64,000 nt of DNA from a candidate division CSSED10-310 bacterium. GTDB lineage: Bacteria; CSSED10-310; JAFGJC01. The stretch lies in assembly GCA_016927905.1 (NCBI GenBank), contig JAFGLW010000010.1:351-64350 (forward strand), given 5' to 3'. The notes under the pieces were generated by a model. That model was not told the DNA's origin, ran no database searches, and saw only the letters and a list, made by a program, of their open reading frames with translations. Positions 58,516 to 64,000 of the stretch are shown here, piece by piece (the stretch's first letter is position 1; the number at the start of each line of letters is the position of its first letter). Made by a program: the position numbers and the translations under genes.

Positions 58516-59241
58516 TTATTCGAGAGGTTCGTTAAGTATGATGTTTATTAATCCACAGAATCCCAAAACATCACCGATTTTTTCTTTAAGATTTTTTCTG
58601 TCAGAATAATATTCATCGGCACAAATTATCAGAATTCCCCAATTCAGATTGAATGATGTATCGATTCCGGAAAAAATAATACAAAGCGTCTTTTTTTCTT
58701 CGTATGTTAGTGTTCTCCAATCATATCCATTCGCAATGCCCTGCTCTAATCTTCTCGCAATACGTTCATCTCTAGTTTCGGAGCGATCTTCGTATCTATA
58801 TGGTTTTGGTGTCGCCTTATAAGGCATCTCGTGATCCGGCATTCTTATTGTGTTAGGATAAACAACACGGCATACAGTGGGACTCGGATATGGCGTAAAG
58901 GTGTAAATCGGACAAGGCGTGTTGGTTGGCACGGGCTCTAATCTGACCACAAGTTCAAAATCGTTTTGAATGTCAAAGATTTGATCATATTGAACATATC
59001 CATTAAGGCTTGCCCTCACTCTATGGTATCCCTTTTCTGAATCAAACAGTTCACCTTTTCCGTTGATGTAGTAATCATCAAAATAAAAGTCTGCCATATG
59101 CGGGAAACATTTAATTCTGATTTCTACTATTTTTGGGTCCGGGGTTGGCGAAGAAACCTCTCTTTTTTGATGAACAGATGAAATGCAAGACATAAAACAC
59201 GCGGGAAGAACTATAATTATATATCTGATTAAAGTTTGCAT
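58516..59241 (-). CDS. AT-rich cargo gene: putative lipoprotein with PEGA-like domain
   Basis: Hydrophobic N-terminus with FMSC; IKCFPHMADFYFDD...GYHRVRASLNGY PEGA-like pattern. Confidence 0.65.
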   Translation of the reverse strand: MQTLIRYIIIVLPACFMSCISSVHQKREVSSPTPDPKIVEIRIKCFPHMADFYFDDYYINGKGELFDSEKGYHRVRASLNGYVQYDQIFDIQNDFELVVRLEPVPTNTPCPIYTFTPYPSPTVCRVVYPNTIRMPDHEMPYKATPKPYRYEDRSETRDERIARRLEQGIANGYDWRTLTYEEKKTLCIIFSGIDTSFNLNWGILIICADEYYSDRKNLKEKIGDVLGFCGLINIILNEPLE

Positions 59242-59430
59242 CGTGATACTCCTGGCCGATTTTTATTATTACTGCATGGTTCGATATTGGCCGTCAAGGT
59301 TTAGTGCTCTAATTGCATGAGACAATGCCGGCTTTCAGTCAAGCGGACAAAATCGGACATACAGGCGCAACCAGACACATTCACACACACATTAACGGGC
59401 TTTTGCTGGCAACGCGGCGCGACTATACAC

Positions 59431-59458
59431 TTGACAAGTCCGGAAATATCTGTATAAT
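59431..59458 (+). promoter_or_regulatory. Consensus sigma70 promoter of the HTH operon
   Basis: TTGACA-N16-TATAAT; GGAGG RBS and ATG at 59480. Confidence 0.7.
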
Positions 59459-59479
59459 TGCCATCATGGAGGGCTTGCG

Positions 59480-59932
59480 ATGAAGACCTACACAGTAAAA
59501 GATGTCCAGGAAATAACGGGATTCGGTCCCGAAAAGATACGCCGGGCGCTTCGGTCGGGCGAATTGAAAGCCGCGAAGCCAGGCGGTCAATACCGCATTT
59601 CCGAACATGACTTGAATGAATGGTATATCCGGAACGGGGGCGGATCCCTTTTCGGGAACGATGCGCGCGAAACGGAACCGCGTGGGCGCACCGGCGCGTC
59701 CGGATCCGCCGGACCCGTTCGAAGGGTTCAAGCATTTATCGCAAGGCGCGCGCTTGTGTTGGAGCCGGGCAAGTCGTTTAACGCATTCGGAACGCTGCCG
59801 ATCCCGGGCGTCGAAGGCGGAACGCTGTTTATCGATTTATTCGCGACGGATGGAGACGAAAGCTTCATCATCATGGACGGCGTAAAATACATTCTTCCGG
59901 ACATATCCCGGGGGCCGGGTTCCGGAAAATAA
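59480..59932 (+). CDS. Excisionase-like (HTH_17/MerR-type) DNA-binding protein with C-terminal extension
   Basis: YTVKDVQEITG...IRRALRSGELKAAK.GGQYRISE.DL..W. Confidence 0.8.
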   Translation: MKTYTVKDVQEITGFGPEKIRRALRSGELKAAKPGGQYRISEHDLNEWYIRNGGGSLFGNDARETEPRGRTGASGSAGPVRRVQAFIARRALVLEPGKSFNAFGTLPIPGVEGGTLFIDLFATDGDESFIIMDGVKYILPDISRGPGSGK

Positions 59933-59997
59933 TTTCGTATCTGAGCAGGCGACCCCAAGAAGCGGTCGCGGGAAAAACACAATCGGGAGGTGAAATC

Positions 59998-60297
59998 ATG
60001 ACGGAAAAACTGAAACAGTTCGAAGTAATCTTGACCCATTCAGACGTGCAAAGTTTATCGGTCAGGCGTCTTTCGTTTTTGCTTGAAAGCGTCGCGGATG
60101 CCTGGGATAGGATCGATCCCGCGCCGGTCAATGCACGTCAGAAGCGCGCCTCTGAATCGATCGGGCACGGCCTCGCAATGATGCGCGAGATTATCGAAGA
60201 CATGGAAAAGCAGGGCATCGAATCCACTTCCGCATATCGCGAATTGAATTCGATCCTTCGAAGCGAACCGGACGCGCCGGCCGCTGTTTTTGCATGA
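59998..60297 (+). CDS. Hypothetical helical protein
   Basis: GGAGGTG RBS; ATGA coupling to the next gene. Confidence 0.65.
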   Translation: MTEKLKQFEVILTHSDVQSLSVRRLSFLLESVADAWDRIDPAPVNARQKRASESIGHGLAMMREIIEDMEKQGIESTSAYRELNSILRSEPDAPAAVFA

Positions 60298-60527
60298 GCG
60301 GTTCACCGGATCGGATCGAAGCGGATCCCAGCGCGCGCGATTATCTCACCGTCAAAGAGGTTGCGAGTCTGTTTCTTGTCAGTGAGCGAACGATTCGGGA
60401 TCAAATACGTCTGGGCAAGTTCACGCTATCGGACGGTCGGCGCGTCGTTCAAAAGGTCGGTCAAGCGCACCGTTTCGACCGTGCGCTATTCGAAGAATAC
60501 CGGAAGGGGTTGTTTTTGAGAACATGA
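60294..60527 (+). CDS. Excisionase-like HTH protein
   Basis: YLTVKEVASLFLVSERTIR..I..G...KVG..HR. Confidence 0.8.
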   Translation: MSGSPDRIEADPSARDYLTVKEVASLFLVSERTIRDQIRLGKFTLSDGRRVVQKVGQAHRFDRALFEEYRKGLFLRT

Positions 60528-60856
60528 GAGAACCGCTTCTAACGGTAAACGACGTTGCAAGAACGCTCTCGCTAAGCGCGTCGGCGGTTCGCGAGATGGC
60601 GGCGCGCGGTGAAATACCGATGTTCAAGATCGGGAGGCTGTGGCGAATGCGGCGCGCCACCCTTGAGTTTTATATCGGGCGAATCGAGCGCGCTTCACCT
60701 TCGCAGGATACGGGCGCGCGGATCCAGGATTTCGACTTACACGGCCAGGCGCGCGCGTGCCGCTTGCGCGAGAATTCGGACCCGGCGGCGAAAAGTCATC
60801 CAATGAGAGACGGTGTGTTCATTCGGTTGCCGGCGCGCGATTCCAGGGAGAGGTAG
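60524..60856 (+). CDS. Excisionase-like HTH protein
   Basis: LLTVNDVARTLSLS.S.V..MA.RGEIPMFKIGRLWR. Confidence 0.8.
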   Translation: MREPLLTVNDVARTLSLSASAVREMAARGEIPMFKIGRLWRMRRATLEFYIGRIERASPSQDTGARIQDFDLHGQARACRLRENSDPAAKSHPMRDGVFIRLPARDSRER

Positions 60857-61049
60857 GCGAAAAACAGGATGCACTATTTTATGACATCGGCAGGCATCAA
60901 GTAATCCCGACAAGAACACTCTGAATTTGTAGGATCGTTTTTAACGCCTTTTACGTTCTGGCAAGGTGAACTTATCCCGGAATCATCTTCACGGTTTCAG
61001 GCGACGGAAACCAGCCGACCTCCGGATGGATATCGATTCGGCTTCAAGA

Positions 61050-61409
61050 TCACCCTTGCCGGCAGGAAGGCCCTCCAACGGGTTCGGCCACTATCAGAAT
61101 GGGGATCGGCGCCGCTTGGTCTGGATCCTCTGAGATTTCAACCTTATTCGGTACTTTGCCATAAGCGATTTCAAGAAAGTCTTTCTGAGTCTTCGGGTTC
61201 TCTGCCATGTCTCGCAATATCTGATTTACACGCCGGATCTTGTCATCCTTATTGACGGGATCCTCTATCAATTCGAGCGCGATTTTTTGCGCCATTTGCC
61301 GGAGCTGGTCAAAAGACTTGGGGCGCCCTTTTCTATTTATCCGTGGATCCCCGGGCCTGAATGTCCCGGGCTTTCGTTCCTGTTTGGTTCCTGTGTTACT
61401 GGATGGCAT
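61050..61409 (-). CDS. Small phage-type protein, terminase-small-subunit-like (DUF5681-type motif)
   Basis: GTFRPGDPRINRKGRPK N-terminal motif and AYGK; GGAGG RBS. Confidence 0.55.
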   Translation of the reverse strand: MPSSNTGTKQERKPGTFRPGDPRINRKGRPKSFDQLRQMAQKIALELIEDPVNKDDKIRRVNQILRDMAENPKTQKDFLEIAYGKVPNKVEISEDPDQAAPIPILIVAEPVGGPSCRQG

Positions 61410-61530
61410 GACTTAACCCTCCATTTCGGTTTCAGGTTATCAGAACGCCGGGGGATAGTCGAGTATTTCTGTCTGGCATTTTACCGGTTGCCCTATATCG
61501 CCGTTTTGAAGGTGCATTTTTCGCCATGTC

Positions 61531-61642
61531 AAGGGGCAGGGCAAACGCCTACACATATATAGGCGTTTTGCCCCTTGCCCTAAGACATCTGACGGGAAGG
61601 GCAATTGCCCCAATTTTGCCCTAACCTTGCCCCTTGCCCTAA
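61531..61642. repeat. Iteron cluster / putative replication origin of the element
   Basis: Six TTGCCC plus two GGGCAA; 16-bp direct repeat TTGCCCCTTGCCCTAA (61568, 61627); inverted repeat AAACGCCTA/TAGGCGTTT around an AT core; palindrome GGGCAATTGCCC. Confidence 0.65.
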
Positions 61643-62967
61643 ATCGGTTCATTCGAGTCTTCTTTCGGCGGATCGGCGGCTGCATACCCCAGGGTGTAGT
61701 TATCGGTTTCACGGTTGATCCGTACCAGGTTTGCATCTCTCATTTGTTTGATTCGAGTCCTGGCTGTCCGTTCTGATACTGCTTCAATGTTCATGATCCG
61801 ATCCTGCAAGTCTGTATGTCGAAGTTCATCATGGTTTCCCATTGCATCCAGGGCAAGGCGTTTCAATTCTTCGAATTTCGCACCCCGCTTGACGGCGCTC
61901 TTGCTGGAAATTGACTTGAACATTCCAACTGTTTTATCGAATTCGAACCGTGCCCCGTCATTTTCGCTGATAGGTTTACCGCGCGCGGTTTTAGTCCATA
62001 CGGTAAAGATTTCCTCCGGTGATTTTTTGAACGATAGCACTGTTTCGCTTTTTCTTTCCGCTTGGCTGCCCAGGTGTCCCCGTATTTTGGAATCACTCCC
62101 GGGGTTGTAATGCAAAACTCCGCATATCGGCGCCTTAATTTCTTCAGACATCGCCATCAACTTGCGTATCAATTCGAACGACTCTTCCGCGTCGTTTGGG
62201 TCTTTTATCAGGTCTGCATATCCGTCAATAAAGATTGCTCTTATCCCGCCGTGTTCGCGTTCCATTCGAATGGGAAAGCACCAAAGTGTAGCCAAAATCA
62301 AACCTGGCTCATATCCTCTGAGATTGTAGGCATGAAACCAATCCGGACGCTTATCAACGCGCGCGCGCCTCATGGCCAAAGTCAACATATTGAATGAATC
62401 CCTCCGGCTTTGTTCGCAGTCAATGTAAATCACGGCTTTCTGTTCTGGGTTTCTGAAACAGAATCCCAACGTATCGCGGGCGTCCGGATCCGGCGCAAGA
62501 GAAGATGCAAGAATCGCTGCGATTCCTTGACTTTTACCGCTTTTCGGCAATCCGGAAAACGTGATGATGTTGCCCGGGTGTGCAATAGGAATTTTATTCA
62601 ATAGAATTGTAGCGGGCAGGTGTTCGGGGGGGTTGTTCGGATCGAATCGGCATTCTTGCAGATCCGCCCAAGATATCCCTGCACCCCTGCCTTTTTTCAT
62701 TTCCGCTTCAAGTGTAGCAAGCGCGTTTTTCGGATCGCCTTTCTGAAGGAAATCGATAATCACCTTTATGGTTTCATCTGATATTTTACAGACTTTTGAA
62801 CCGTCGATATCATCGGATCCAGCGGGATCTTCGGTATTGTCAATAGGTGGTTCGGTTTCGGCATCAATCGCTTTTATGAAACCGTCAACCGGGGGATCCT
62901 CTACGACACTGGTTGTATCGCCGCCGCCTATATAATCATCCCAAGCTAATTCTTTACCCTGACTCAT
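61639..62967 (-). CDS. RecA/DnaB-like (AAA_25/RepA-type) replicative helicase with C-terminal winged-helix-like region
   Basis: Walker A GLPKSGKS, YIDCEQ, IFIDG, VLH and RGHLGS motifs. Confidence 0.8.
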   Translation of the reverse strand: MSQGKELAWDDYIGGGDTTSVVEDPPVDGFIKAIDAETEPPIDNTEDPAGSDDIDGSKVCKISDETIKVIIDFLQKGDPKNALATLEAEMKKGRGAGISWADLQECRFDPNNPPEHLPATILLNKIPIAHPGNIITFSGLPKSGKSQGIAAILASSLAPDPDARDTLGFCFRNPEQKAVIYIDCEQSRRDSFNMLTLAMRRARVDKRPDWFHAYNLRGYEPGLILATLWCFPIRMEREHGGIRAIFIDGYADLIKDPNDAEESFELIRKLMAMSEEIKAPICGVLHYNPGSDSKIRGHLGSQAERKSETVLSFKKSPEEIFTVWTKTARGKPISENDGARFEFDKTVGMFKSISSKSAVKRGAKFEELKRLALDAMGNHDELRHTDLQDRIMNIEAVSERTARTRIKQMRDANLVRINRETDNYTLGYAAADPPKEDSNEPI

Positions 62968-64000
62968 GATATCGCCGCCCTATTCTGTGGGTTCGGATTC
63001 AAATAGATCAACCGTTGCCATTGCAGGGTTTCATGCCGGATGTGACTCGGTGCCCGAAACAGGCGCGCCGGGTTCTTTGTTGCCCGATCGACTCCCATCG
63101 GCTCGAGACGTTTCCGAAAGAGTTCATCAATAATTAATTGCCTGTATTTCACCGCATCCGGGAGGTTGACACGCAGCCAGGCGTGTAAACTTTTCGATCC
63201 TGAAAAAATCAATGCTGCCAGCGGTCCAGGGAATGCCGCCCAAAACGCATACTGCCACTCTAGCGGCATCTTCGGCGGCTTCGGCCTGTCCGGTTCCGGT
63301 CCCTCCGGGTTCACCTCCCAGGCGTCGCGCTTCGTTTTCTTCTCTTGATATTCCGTGCGCTCGGTGTCCGTCCATAGTGGTTCCGGTTTGCTGTCAAATT
63401 CGACACATGCGAACCGAAACGATGCAATGCAGTTATCGCCCCGGTATGTTTTCCCGCCGTCCGCTTTTTCGCCCGGTTTCCCTGTTAATGGGTTTGGTAT
63501 CATGAACGGATTGATTTGAAATCCGCAGTTCAACATTATTTTCCGAGCGTCAAATATCTTAATCCATTCATCAATCGTGTGGATTCTTTGGGATCCGTCG
63601 TCATATCGATCCCCCATGAATATCAGTTCATCCGGTTTGTAAAGGTAGCGGAATAGTTCGAAGATATCCGCTGCCGGTTCATCCGTCACACGAATAGGTG
63701 AACATTCCCAGAATGCCACTTCATCGGTGATCCCCGCCGCCGTGCCGCGTTCGATCCACTTTGATAATGTCTTCATTCCATCCAGGATGGGTTTCGGCTT
63801 CCGTTTGGGTGTGTATTTCACGCCGGCCTCAATCATGATCGCTTTTGATCGGTTCTGTTCCCAGGCAGGCAGGACAATCTTGGATTCCAGGTATTTGTCT
63901 GTTACCGGACGTGTACCGCCGGCCGCCGATGTCATCAAGTCATCAACGATTTCATTCTTCGAAAGTCCGGCCATGACTCCCAGGCCGGCCACCCCAAACG
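62964..64000 (-). CDS. AEP-superfamily (RepB-type) DNA primase, probably 5'-truncated by the window end
   Basis: CVEFD, SGSKSLHAW and D.ATKNPARLFRAP motifs; frame open to the window edge; ATGA coupling to the helicase. Confidence 0.7.
   Translation of the reverse strand, partial: FGVAGLGVMAGLSKNEIVDDLMTSAAGGTRPVTDKYLESKIVLPAWEQNRSKAIMIEAGVKYTPKRKPKPILDGMKTLSKWIERGTAAGITDEVAFWECSPIRVTDEPAADIFELFRYLYKPDELIFMGDRYDDGSQRIHTIDEWIKIFDARKIMLNCGFQINPFMIPNPLTGKPGEKADGGKTYRGDNCIASFRFACVEFDSKPEPLWTDTERTEYQEKKTKRDAWEVNPEGPEPDRPKPPKMPLEWQYAFWAAFPGPLAALIFSGSKSLHAWLRVNLPDAVKYRQLIIDELFRKRLEPMGVDRATKNPARLFRAPSHIRHETLQWQRLIYLNPNPQNRAAIS

Larger units (their letters stand above)
58415..64000. mobile_element. 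Integrated phage-satellite-like / integrative element at tRNA-Ala (partial; continues past the window)
   Basis: Abrupt AT-rich shift right after the tRNA; excisionase-type HTHs, TerS-like gene, helicase, primase and iterons. No integrase inside the window. Confidence 0.8.

Noticed and set aside
61440-61736. 98-aa ORF spanning the iteron region
   Set aside because: Overlaps the helicase end, and its sequence is dictated by the repeats; more likely a non-coding origin

Overview
A 64-kb chromosomal segment from a diderm (outer-membrane) bacterium, moderately GC-rich by eye; the taxon cannot be fixed from the sequence alone. Housekeeping and envelope genes: ileS-lspA-lgt-rluD-cobB, a sigma54 response regulator with pilD, an OPT transporter, two PilT-family ATPases (one fused to a long HEAT solenoid), queC, glnA, a glycosyltransferase/acyltransferase cluster, an M48 protease, a TolC-MFP-RND-RND efflux operon, exbB-exbD-exbD-tonB and oppD/oppF. 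tRNA-Ala(GGC) at 58343-58414 is followed by the start of an integrated, satellite-like element (excisionase-type HTHs, TerS-like gene, iteron-rich putative origin, helicase, primase) that runs off the window end. The most striking pattern: four otherwise unrelated signal-peptide proteins (giant MAM/adhesin-like protein, gingipain-like C25 protease, GATase-like protein, OB-fold protein) all end in a Pro/Thr linker plus the same ~115-aa C-terminal domain (GD...L[DE][IV]x[GN]x[YLF][WF]F[WY]P[SG]WS...FxWP...F[WY][AG]...F). I do not recognise it as a named sorting signal. Together with the C25 protease and a FadL/PorV/TraF-like barrel, it suggests a possibly undescribed, T9SS-analogous C-terminal sorting/surface-display system. 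All family calls come from reading motifs by eye; no searches were run.
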